From positions 2,580,001-2,612,000 of the forward strand of contig NC_014972.1 in the NCBI RefSeq assembly GCF_000186885.1: DNA of 32,000 nucleotides, in the 5' to 3' direction. The position numbers and the translations under genes are program-made. Positions within the stretch are counted from its first letter, which is position 1, and each line of letters starts with the position of its first letter. Below, piece by piece: positions 1 through 8,038 of the stretch. The notes below the pieces were generated by a model. The model had not been told where the DNA came from. It did not search any database and saw nothing but the letters and a program-made list of their open reading frames with translations. This DNA comes from Desulfobulbus propionicus DSM 2032 (lineage in GTDB: Bacteria > Desulfobacterota > Desulfobulbia > Desulfobulbales > Desulfobulbaceae).

Positions 1-375
1 GGTGAAGACCCCGACCACCTTTTCCTCCTCGTTGACCACCGGCAGGGCGCCGATCTTGCGCGACTGGAACAGCAGCAGGGCGTCGTCCAGGGTGGCATGG
101 GGGACAAGGAAGAGGCAATCGCGGGTCATCAGCACGGAAACTGGTGTTTTGTTGACCTTTTCCTCGACCGTTCCCCGTTCTTTGCTCTGGGCCACGGTGG
201 AAGGCCGGGCCGAACGCAGGTCGCGGTCGGAAAGAATCCCCTGAAGCACGCCCTGTTCATCGACCACCGGCAGGTGGCGGATATTGTAGCGTTGCAGGAT
301 GTCGATCGCCTCGGCCACGGTCTGCTCCGGAGTAACCGTGACCGGTGACGGTGTCATGTGATCGTGGATGAACAT
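1..375 (-). CDS. CBS-domain protein, N-terminal part (runs off the left window edge)
   Basis: Reverse-strand translation from ATG at 375: MFIHDHMTPSPVTVTPEQTVAEAIDILQRYNIRHLPVVDEQGVLQGILSDRDLRSARPSTVAQSKERGTVEEKVNKTPVSVLMTRDCLFLVPHATLDDALLLFQSRKIGALPVVNEEEKVVG. This contains two CBS-like 'LPVVdexgxlxGilsdrDl' repeats. The six-frame track omits it because it is open to the window edge. Confidence 0.85.
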   Translation of the reverse strand, partial: MFIHDHMTPSPVTVTPEQTVAEAIDILQRYNIRHLPVVDEQGVLQGILSDRDLRSARPSTVAQSKERGTVEEKVNKTPVSVLMTRDCLFLVPHATLDDALLLFQSRKIGALPVVNEEEKVVGVFT

Positions 376-409
376 CGATATACTCCCCTGGTTTTATTGC
401 TGTGTGCAC

Positions 410-1387
410 TCATTCATCGGTCTCCACAAGCCCGGACAAATAGGCTTCAACGCAAACACCAAGTTTTTCAAGAAAATATCCGCCCTCAAGGATCGAGAGC
501 ACGCGCCCTTGGGTGTAGTCGCGGGCGAGTTCCGTCACAAAGTTGCCCAGCCGCCGATAGAGATCGACGGTGAAGGCCAGGCCCGACATGTCGTCCTGGC
601 GGTGGGCGTCGAATCCGGCGCCGACGATCAGGGCATCGGGCCGGATGGTGTCGAGAAAATTTCTGATCTTGGGAAAAAGACGCAGTACTTGCTCCGCGCC
701 GGCGCCGGGGGGCAACGGCAGATTGAGGATGGTGCCCTTGCCGGGACCGACCCCCTTGTCCTCGGCCCAGCCGGTTCCGGGATAGCTGAAGCTGGGATGC
801 TCGTGAATCGATATATAGGCGGTGTCCGCCTCTTGCTCGAAAGCGGTCTGGATGCCGTTGCCGTGGTGGGCGTCGAAATCGAACACGCACACCCGGCGGC
901 GGCTGTACTCCTGCTGCCAGTAACGGGCGGCGATCACGCAGTTGTTGAAAAAACAGAATCCATAGGGCTGGTTGGGTTCGGCGTGATGGCCCGGTGGCCG
1001 GGTCTGGCAGAAGACCACCGTTCCCGGCTGGCGCTCGATCCTGTCCACCCCGACCAGGCCGGCACCAGCGGACAGGGTGGCGATGTCAAAGGATTCGTAG
1101 CCCACTTGATTGTCGGGATGGTCGATATAGGTGCGACCGGAGAGCACCGCCTCCTCGAAGCGAAACAACCAGCCCTCGGTATGGAAGGTCAGCAGTTGGG
1201 CACGGGTGGCCGGACGGGGGGCGAAGGTGCGGATGCGCCCGGCCAGGTGTCCCTGCATGAGCCGGTCAGTGATCACCTGCATCCGCTCGGGCGCTTCCGG
1301 ATGATCACCGCCGCCGGTATCGTGCCGGCAAAAAGCGGGGTCGGTGATGAGGGTAATGGCAGGCTCGTTTTCCATTGCAAGGTCCAC
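410..1387 (-). CDS. Histone deacetylase / acetylpolyamine amidohydrolase family protein
   Basis: 325-aa ORF with class-II HDAC-like signatures: RPPGHHAEPNQPYGFCFFNNCVIAARY, VCVFDFDAHHGNGIQ, DALIVGAGFDAHRQDDMSG, LSILEGGYFLEKL. Start could also be the Met at 1375. Confidence 0.93.
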   Translation of the reverse strand: MDLAMENEPAITLITDPAFCRHDTGGGDHPEAPERMQVITDRLMQGHLAGRIRTFAPRPATRAQLLTFHTEGWLFRFEEAVLSGRTYIDHPDNQVGYESFDIATLSAGAGLVGVDRIERQPGTVVFCQTRPPGHHAEPNQPYGFCFFNNCVIAARYWQQEYSRRRVCVFDFDAHHGNGIQTAFEQEADTAYISIHEHPSFSYPGTGWAEDKGVGPGKGTILNLPLPPGAGAEQVLRLFPKIRNFLDTIRPDALIVGAGFDAHRQDDMSGLAFTVDLYRRLGNFVTELARDYTQGRVLSILEGGYFLEKLGVCVEAYLSGLVETDE

Positions 1388-1690
1388 TGATCAGACGGCC
1401 GACCGGCAGCGCTGCGCCTCCGGTGTGACTGTGTCGCTCAACCTTACCGTATTCCTCGACAAAAACGAAGCGTATCTTCGCTTTCCCGCCACAACTTTTT
1501 GCCCAGTCACGGAAAACCCCTCCCGCCACATCGATACAACGCACGCATCACGCGATCAATCCTGCGGTAGCGAACCTTGAGGCACGATGGCGTCTTGCAG
1601 CGTCCTTGCCCCTCCGTCGGCTCTTTTTTTGCTGATTACAGCAGGGGACCCAAACGGCCCTTTATTTTTTTAGGTAACTCTAAATGACAC

Positions 1691-1719
1691 TTGACAACAG
1701 ACCTCCGTTAAGGCATAAA
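1691..1719 (+). promoter_or_regulatory. Putative sigma70-type promoter for the DUF2325-type gene
   Basis: TTGACA (1691-1696), 17-nt spacer, CATAAA (1714-1719), upstream of the gene starting at 1906. This leaves a ~180-nt leader containing inverted repeats. Confidence 0.45.
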
Positions 1720-1905
1720 ACTCTAAATTTAGTTTTATCTAAAACTATAAGGTCGTATAAATATACAATCTACCCTCAACACGGTTCGCGCACAAGCACC
1801 GGTCCATCCGTCGCGGCGACCGGCTTGCCTGTCGCACCCGTTGTGCCAATGCCCCATCCGTGATCCCATGAATGAAGGTACGCCCTACTCCTGGAGGTTG
1901 TTATC

Positions 1906-3126
1906 ATGGAAGCGACTGCATCAAGTGTCCGCGCCACGCACCGCAAAAAAATCTGGCATATCGACAGCTGCTACAAATGTGCCCTGATCGGCACCTGCCT
2001 GAGCCGCAATGAATTGCGCAAACTAGCCCGCGATCGTCTGTTCGCGGCTGAACCCGACGCCGACGATTACCAGCTCCACGCCCATTTCATCAGGATATCC
2101 GACCAGGAGGACGTGCAAGGCAAAGCTTTACACAAATACCTGGAAAAAAAATACCGGGCCGCGAGCAAGAAATACCTGCGGGTTGCCGACGACGAGGCCA
2201 TCAAGACCCTCTGGGACGAGGATATGGCCGAAGGCCGGGTGGACAGCGCCTGGTGGGCGATCATGACCCATCCGCATGTCTCGGCGCGACTGACGGCCAA
2301 GCTGTACGGCGATCTTCACATGCTGAGCCATGAGCGCGCCATCAATGGCCACAGAGGCCGGACAACGATCACCGCCCTGCGTGCCAAGGTCGACATGCTG
2401 GAGGAGGTGATCGGCTCGGAGCGGCAGTTATTCCGCCGGGAAAAGCGGCAGCTGGGCGAGGCAATCAGCGCACTGCGCCGGCAGCTCGCCGTACTTGCCG
2501 ACAATGTCCGCACCCAGGAGCAGCGGGACGCGAACCAGGCGGATCAGCAGCTGATCGCCGACCTACGCCAACACAACAACGGACTCTGCGGCCAAATCGA
2601 TGCGCTGAACGAGCAGTTGGACACTGCCCGGCAACAGTTCACATCAGCCAACGACCGGCTGCGCGAGCTGGAGGAACACAACAGCCGGCTGGAACACCAT
2701 GCGGCCGAACAGGCGCGGGAAATCGCCTCGCTGGAAGGCCTGCTATTCCGGCAGCTGAGCCGCGAACCCGATCCCTGCCTCCACTGCGCCGACCACAACA
2801 CCAGCAAATGTCCAGGGCCGAATCTCTGCGGCAAGACCGTGCTCTATGTCGGCGGGCTGCACAAACTGGTTCCCCATTACCGCCAACTGGTCGAACAGTT
2901 CGGCGGTCGCTTTCTCCATCATGACGGCGGCAAGGAGGCCTCGCGCAACCTGCTGCCCAAACTGCTGAGCACCGCCGACGCCGTGCTCTGCCCCATTGAC
3001 TGCGTCAGTCACGACGCCTGCAACTGCGTCAAGAAAATGTGCAAACGTTACCAGAAACCCTTTGTCCTCATGCGCGGCGCCGGGCTGTCGGCGCTGGCCA
3101 GGGGGCTCAACCAAATCGTTCAATAA
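1906..3126 (+). CDS. DUF2325 domain-containing protein with N-terminal Cys motif and central coiled coil
   Basis: 406-aa ORF. SD-like TGGAGG lies upstream of ATG at 1906. The C-terminus KTVLYVGGLHKLVPHYRQLVEQFGGRFLHHDGG...ADAVLCPIDCVSHDACNCVKKMCKRYQKPFVLMRGAGLSAL is typical of DUF2325. A long helical segment (residues ~155-275) precedes it. Confidence 0.85.
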   Translation: MEATASSVRATHRKKIWHIDSCYKCALIGTCLSRNELRKLARDRLFAAEPDADDYQLHAHFIRISDQEDVQGKALHKYLEKKYRAASKKYLRVADDEAIKTLWDEDMAEGRVDSAWWAIMTHPHVSARLTAKLYGDLHMLSHERAINGHRGRTTITALRAKVDMLEEVIGSERQLFRREKRQLGEAISALRRQLAVLADNVRTQEQRDANQADQQLIADLRQHNNGLCGQIDALNEQLDTARQQFTSANDRLRELEEHNSRLEHHAAEQAREIASLEGLLFRQLSREPDPCLHCADHNTSKCPGPNLCGKTVLYVGGLHKLVPHYRQLVEQFGGRFLHHDGGKEASRNLLPKLLSTADAVLCPIDCVSHDACNCVKKMCKRYQKPFVLMRGAGLSALARGLNQIVQ

Positions 3127-3162
3127 CCATCCCAACGATCAAGCGCACAAGGAGTACACCGC

Positions 3163-3534
3163 ATGGAAATCACCCACCCCATTCACACCGATCAACGCAA
3201 CGGCAACCTGCACGTCAACCTGCATGGCCACTTTACTCCGGAAATCGCGGCGGAGCTCCCCAGCACCATCGCCCGCATCTATCGGGGCACGGGCAATATC
3301 TTCATCCACACCGCCAAGGTGACCGCCGTCACCCCCGGGTCCCGCAGCGTTTTCGCCCATTATCTTCAACTGTTGGACCTGCCACGGGAAAAGATGTACC
3401 TGACCGGCATCAAGGGCCTCGACATCAGCCCGGACAAGGGACGGGTGATCGTTTACGAGAAAAAGAAAAAAGGCTGCTGCGGCCGCTGCCGTGACTGCTC
3501 GTGCCACGGCAACATCAACCCGGCAACCCGCTAG
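3163..3534 (+). CDS. Small hypothetical protein, possibly STAS/anti-sigma-antagonist-like fold, with Cys-rich basic tail
   Basis: 123-aa ORF downstream of the DUF2325 gene, same strand. MEITHPIHTDQRNGNLHVNLHGHFTPEIAAELPSTIARIYRGTGNIFIHTAKVTAVTP... ends KKKKKGCCGRCRDCSCHGNINPATR. The STAS-like assignment is weak. Confidence 0.65.
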   Translation: MEITHPIHTDQRNGNLHVNLHGHFTPEIAAELPSTIARIYRGTGNIFIHTAKVTAVTPGSRSVFAHYLQLLDLPREKMYLTGIKGLDISPDKGRVIVYEKKKKGCCGRCRDCSCHGNINPATR

Positions 3535-3723
3535 CTTGCCCGCATCCTCCCGTACCATCACCGCGCCTGGTTGGAGGCACCATTTTCCCTGCCCTGGAAG
3601 CCATGAAAAGCGGTTGACTTCCAACCAGCCGTTTTGTACCTACCATTTCGACAAAGACCGGACTCAGCCGTGATGCGGAAGGGTGCGTGGCGCTCAGCAA
3701 CCTGCCAGCAGGATCAAGACGAT

Positions 3724-3747
3724 CGCGCGCCGGCCTTTTGGCGCGCG
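3724..3747. repeat. GC-only inverted repeat (hairpin) upstream of the Lon-like protease gene
   Basis: CGCGCGCC (3724-3731), 8-nt loop GGCCTTTT, GGCGCGCG (3740-3747): 8-bp perfect GC stem. Confidence 0.6.
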
Positions 3748-3799
3748 CGGCTTTCCGGCCCAAACCCATCCCGTTCCTCTAGCATCCCGCAACCCGCCC

Positions 3800-6205
3800 A
3801 TGCCGATAACCCGCCTGACCGCCAGCGAACTGCGCCTCACCATCGCCCCCGAAACCCTGGGATTTACCGACACCTCCGAACTGGCGGACCACACCGTGCC
3901 GTGGATCGGTCAGGAGCGGGCCGAAATCGCCGCCCGATTCGGCCTGGACATGCGGCAGGCGGACTACAACCTGTTTGTCCTCGGCGAGGTGGGCAGCGGC
4001 CGGTCCTCGCTGCTCAAACAGGCGATGCACACAGCGGCCGCCAACCGGCCCACACCGCCGGACCTGTGTTATCTGCACAACTTCGACGCGCCGGAGCGGC
4101 CCCACGCCCTGCGCCTGCCCGCCGGCCAGGGTCGCCTGCTGCGCCAGTCGATGGCCCGGATGGTCAAGGCCTTGATCACCGAGATCCCCCAGCAGCTCGA
4201 TGGGCCGGACTTCAGGATGGAAAGCGAGCGGATCGAAAAAGCCTACAAGGAGGAGGAAAGCAAGGCGTTCACCGCCCTCGAGGCCTTCGGCGAAGCCCGC
4301 AATTTCACCCTCCGCCAGGAATCCGGCCAAATGTTGTTCACCTTGCGCGGCAAGAAGGGACACGCCATGACCGAGGAGGAAATGCTGGCGCTGCCCAAGG
4401 AGCAGCGCGCGGCGATCAACCAGGCGGAACAGGAACTGCTGGCCGAGATCAACCGTTATTTCGAGCAAACCCGCCCGCTGGAGCGGCAAATGCATGACGC
4501 CCTGGCCGCACTGCGCCGTCAGACCGTCAAGCCGTTGCTGGAGCGGGCAATTGGAGCGATACGCGCCGGCCTCGATGTGGAAACGGCCGACACGGACAAG
4601 CTCGATGCCTCCCTCGACCAGGTCAGCACCGATATCCTCGACAACCTGGAACTGTTCAAGCCCTTGGAAACCGAGGATGACCTGCGCAAGGAAGCGCTGA
4701 ACGCCGTGCTCTCCCGCTACCGGGTCAACCTGATCGTGGACAACGGGGGCATGCACGGGGCGCCTGTGATCGTCGAGGACAACCCCCTGTTCCGCTCGCT
4801 GTTCGGCAGCATTGAATACCAATCGGAAAACGAGGTGCTGGTGACCGATTTTTCCCGCATCCGCGCCGGCAGCCTGCTCAAGGCCCATGGCGGTTTTCTC
4901 ATGCTCCATCTGCGCGACCTGCTGGCCGATGGCCTGGTATGGGAAAAACTGCGGCGCTTTCTCCGCAGTGGCCGATTGCAAATCGAGGAGCCGGGCACCG
5001 CCTTTGCCCCGATCGCCGCGGTTTCCCTGGAGCCCGAGTCGGTGGATATCGATGTGAAAATTGTCCTTATCGGTTCCCGGCCCCTCTATTACGCCCTCCA
5101 GGAGGGCGATCCCGAGTTTGCCCGCCGATTCCGGGTCAAGGTGGATTTCGCCGATCGGTTCACTGCCGCCGACCATACGCACCGCGCATCGGCGGTCTTT
5201 GTGGCCCACGTCTGCCGCCAACGCGGCCTGCCCCATTTCACCGCCGCCGCCGTGGCCCGACTGCTGGAACACGGTCATCGTCAGGCCGAGGATCGTTCAC
5301 GGCAAAGCGCCATCTTCGGCCATGCCGAGGCCCTGATCATGGAGAGTGCAACCCTGTGCCAGCAGCGGAATGGTGGCCTGGTCGAGGCGGCGGATGTGGA
5401 TGCGGCCCTGGCGGCGCGCATCCTGCGCCACGATTATCCCGAGCAGCGGATGCGGGAAGCCATTGCCGAGGGCGAGGTGCTGATCACTGTACGGGGCGAG
5501 CGGATCGGCCAGCTCAACGGTCTGAGCGTGGTCGATCTGGGCGATCACCGTTTCGGCTTTCCCACCCGCGTCACCGCCCGCACCTACGCCGGCGAGGACG
5601 GCCTGATCAACATCGAGCGCGAGGTGGAGATGTCCGGCCCGATCCACGACAAGGGCGTGTTCATCCTCCACAACTACCTGGCGGCCCTGTTTGCCCGTAA
5701 CGCTCCCCTGACCTTCAACGCCTCCATCGTCTTCGAGCAGGAATACAGCGGCGTCGAGGGCGACTCCGCCTCCTGCGCCGAACTGTATGCCCTGCTCTCC
5801 TCCCTGTCCGGCCTGCCCCTCAGACAGGGCATAGCGGTCACCGGCGCCCTCAACCAGCACGGTGAGGTGTTGCCCGTGGGCGGCATTAACGAAAAAATCG
5901 AGGGGTATTTTCGCATCTGCGCCAGTGCCGGACTTGACGGCAGCCAGGGGGTATTGATCCCCTGGCGCAACCGCCGCCACCTGATGCTCGACCAGTGCGT
6001 GGTCGATGCCGTGAGCCAGGGCCTGTTCCACATCCACACGGCCGAGCATGTCGACGAAGGGCTGGAACTGCTCACCGGGGTGATCGCCGGCCAGGCCAAC
6101 CGCAACGGTGTCTACCCGAAAGGCACGGTGCTCGGCCAGGCGCAGCAAGCCCTGCTGGCTTTCCGCCGCGCCTGTCAGGCGGTGGAGCGGCGGCAGGGCA
6201 AATAG
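3800..6205 (+). CDS. Lon-like ATP-dependent protease (AAA+ domain plus S16 Lon proteolytic domain)
   Basis: 801 aa from MPITRLTASELRLTIAPETLGF. P-loop-like GEVGSGRSSLLKQA; Lon protease Ser-Lys dyad region VFEQEYSGVEGDSASCAELYALLSSLSGLPLRQGIAVTGALNQHGEVLPVGGINEKIEGYF. The ORF is open further upstream (3683), but the conserved part starts at 3800. Confidence 0.93.
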   Translation: MPITRLTASELRLTIAPETLGFTDTSELADHTVPWIGQERAEIAARFGLDMRQADYNLFVLGEVGSGRSSLLKQAMHTAAANRPTPPDLCYLHNFDAPERPHALRLPAGQGRLLRQSMARMVKALITEIPQQLDGPDFRMESERIEKAYKEEESKAFTALEAFGEARNFTLRQESGQMLFTLRGKKGHAMTEEEMLALPKEQRAAINQAEQELLAEINRYFEQTRPLERQMHDALAALRRQTVKPLLERAIGAIRAGLDVETADTDKLDASLDQVSTDILDNLELFKPLETEDDLRKEALNAVLSRYRVNLIVDNGGMHGAPVIVEDNPLFRSLFGSIEYQSENEVLVTDFSRIRAGSLLKAHGGFLMLHLRDLLADGLVWEKLRRFLRSGRLQIEEPGTAFAPIAAVSLEPESVDIDVKIVLIGSRPLYYALQEGDPEFARRFRVKVDFADRFTAADHTHRASAVFVAHVCRQRGLPHFTAAAVARLLEHGHRQAEDRSRQSAIFGHAEALIMESATLCQQRNGGLVEAADVDAALAARILRHDYPEQRMREAIAEGEVLITVRGERIGQLNGLSVVDLGDHRFGFPTRVTARTYAGEDGLINIEREVEMSGPIHDKGVFILHNYLAALFARNAPLTFNASIVFEQEYSGVEGDSASCAELYALLSSLSGLPLRQGIAVTGALNQHGEVLPVGGINEKIEGYFRICASAGLDGSQGVLIPWRNRRHLMLDQCVVDAVSQGLFHIHTAEHVDEGLELLTGVIAGQANRNGVYPKGTVLGQAQQALLAFRRACQAVERRQGK

Positions 6206-6235
6206 GCCCGGGGATCGGCGATCGCGTCGCCAGGT

Positions 6236-6985
6236 TTATTGGTCAGCCATGCTGTCGGGAACTGCCAGATCCGCCTTCATGCGCTCGACATGACTGCCGG
6301 CCCAGTAAATCTTGTCGCAGTGCGGACAAAAGGTGAATCGCTCGAAGTAGCGCCGGGTGAGGGGTTCGAGGCGATGGACAATCCGTTGTTTGTCCACCGG
6401 CTCAAGCGGGGTGTTGCAGTCGAGGCAACGGGCAAAGGGCCGCGGCCACCTGCCGAGGCCGAACAAGGCAAGCACTTCCCGCAGCTGCCCGACAGGCTTG
6501 TCGGCGCGGATGTACCGGCCAAACACCACCTGTTTGCGTTTCAACAGATCCAGATCGCGGGTCAGGACGATGCGAGGCTGTTCGCCCAGGCACCCCAGCA
6601 GGGTTTTGCTGTCCCATCGCGGATCGTAGAGCGTGTCGAATCCGGCCATCCGCAGATAGCGGCCCAGCCGGCCGACATTGCCGTCAACGATGAACCGGAT
6701 GCCCGTCAAGGGCTCGGGCCGCAGCGGGGTTGGCCGGGTCACGTCCCAGGGGGCGGTTATCGGATGGATGTCAAAATGCTGGCCGGCCCGCACCAGATGG
6801 GAAAAATCCGTCGGTTGTCCATCGCAGGCGATCCGTTCAACCTCGGTATGCGGCACCCCGAAGGATTCGATCACATCCTTGATCGAGGCCGCGCGGCTGA
6901 CCGGCTGGACAATCGGCTGGGTGGTCCGCCAACGCCGTCGCAGCAGGGTGACGAGGTCGCCATGAAAGTGATAGCATGCGGTCAT
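6236..6985 (-). CDS. Mut7-C RNase domain-containing protein (ubiquitin-like N-terminal domain plus Mut7-C)
   Basis: N-terminal FHGDLVTLLRRRW...SIKDVIESFGVPHTEVERIACDG (Mut7-C ubiquitin-like), then FIVDGNVGRLGRYLRMAGFDTLYD...RIVLTRDLDLLKRK and FARCLDCNTPLEPV...FCPHCDKIYWAGSHVERM. A GTG start at 7030 is the alternative. Confidence 0.88.
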   Translation of the reverse strand: MTACYHFHGDLVTLLRRRWRTTQPIVQPVSRAASIKDVIESFGVPHTEVERIACDGQPTDFSHLVRAGQHFDIHPITAPWDVTRPTPLRPEPLTGIRFIVDGNVGRLGRYLRMAGFDTLYDPRWDSKTLLGCLGEQPRIVLTRDLDLLKRKQVVFGRYIRADKPVGQLREVLALFGLGRWPRPFARCLDCNTPLEPVDKQRIVHRLEPLTRRYFERFTFCPHCDKIYWAGSHVERMKADLAVPDSMADQ

Positions 6986-7054
6986 GTCGAGTGTTCCCGG
7001 CGTGAATTTCGTCAACCCTTCATCCTGCACGGAGAAAAGTGCAACCGGGTGCCA

Positions 7055-7540
7055 TCACCGGCTGTTTTCCGGGTTCAAAGTGACCTGGTAGCCCTGTTCA
7101 CCGCGATAGGGATTGAAGACCAGTGTCGGACAATGGGCCCGTTTCAGCACCCTGTCTGCAACGCTGCCAAGCAGGATCTTCTCAATACCCTTGGCCCCAT
7201 GCGTCGCCATGATGATCATGTCGACAGCATTGTCCCTGGCAAAGGCCACGATGCAGTCCGCCGCCCGACCAAATAGCAACGTTCCCGTACATTGAGGAGA
7301 GGAGCGCGGGCATTGTTTGAGAACCGCGGCCATCTTTCGTTCCGCTTCCGCACGGATTCGCGCCTCGAATTCCTCAAAGGAGGCGGAATCGTAATCCGAA
7401 CGGTATTCCACCTCTTCCACCACATGGGCAATGGTCACCTGTGCCCCCAGTTTATCCGCTATCCGAAGAGCAAACTCCACCAATCGCTCGGTGTGCTGCT
7501 GCAAATCCACCGGGACAAGAATGTGTCGAACGTCATGCAT
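7055..7540 (-). CDS. Universal stress protein (UspA family)
   Basis: MHDVRHILVPVDLQQHTERLVEFALRIADKLGAQVTIAHVVEEV...DMIIMATHGAKGIEKILLGSVADRVLKRAHCPTLVFNPY; the classical Usp GxxG-9x-G[ST] pattern is present. Confidence 0.95.
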   Translation of the reverse strand: MHDVRHILVPVDLQQHTERLVEFALRIADKLGAQVTIAHVVEEVEYRSDYDSASFEEFEARIRAEAERKMAAVLKQCPRSSPQCTGTLLFGRAADCIVAFARDNAVDMIIMATHGAKGIEKILLGSVADRVLKRAHCPTLVFNPYRGEQGYQVTLNPENSR

Positions 7541-8038
7541 GGCGCACCTCTCTGTTTTTGCCTGCGCCAGGTTCCTTGATCTGGCGAGGGTTGAACCGGA
7601 CACGTTTTCCGGCCTGATGTCTCCTTGCCGCACGCTCAATGAGCATAGAAGAATGCTCACAGAATTTCAACGTATTGCCGAAAGGAAACACCCTGGATCG
7701 GCAGCAACAACCCCTGGCGGGAAAAACCATCACGGTTGATGCAAAAACCGCGGCCGGCCGCCCTGTTCCGGCTCCCTCTTGCTCCACCATGACCAACTCC
7801 CGCGCGACGAATGGGGCTTGGCAAACTCTCCTCGCTTTTTCGCGGCAAAAATTTTACCTTTCGCCCCATTCATCTGCTGCCGGCAAGAAATCGCGTCTTT
7901 TCAGGTGGCAGCAGGCCGTGGCGCACGAGCATACGGGTTCGGCACCGACACATGCGGCATTCCCGGTCGTGCACCATCGCTGCCCCAGCCCCCCGCAAAC
8001 ATCAGGGCACCCACAACCGCAACAGGAGGACATACGGC

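Noticed and set aside
368-1390. 340-aa plus-strand ORF
   Set aside because: Antisense shadow of the clearly recognisable histone-deacetylase family gene; the predicted protein has low-complexity, non-family-like composition.
3039-3494. 151-aa plus-strand ORF overlapping the end of the DUF2325 gene and the small Cys-tail gene
   Set aside because: Out-of-frame reading (HRPHLSGHGQYLHPHRQGDRRHP...) of two better-supported CDSs.
3779-5278. 499-aa minus-strand ORF
   Set aside because: Antisense to the Lon-like protease; long open antisense frames are expected in high-GC coding DNA.
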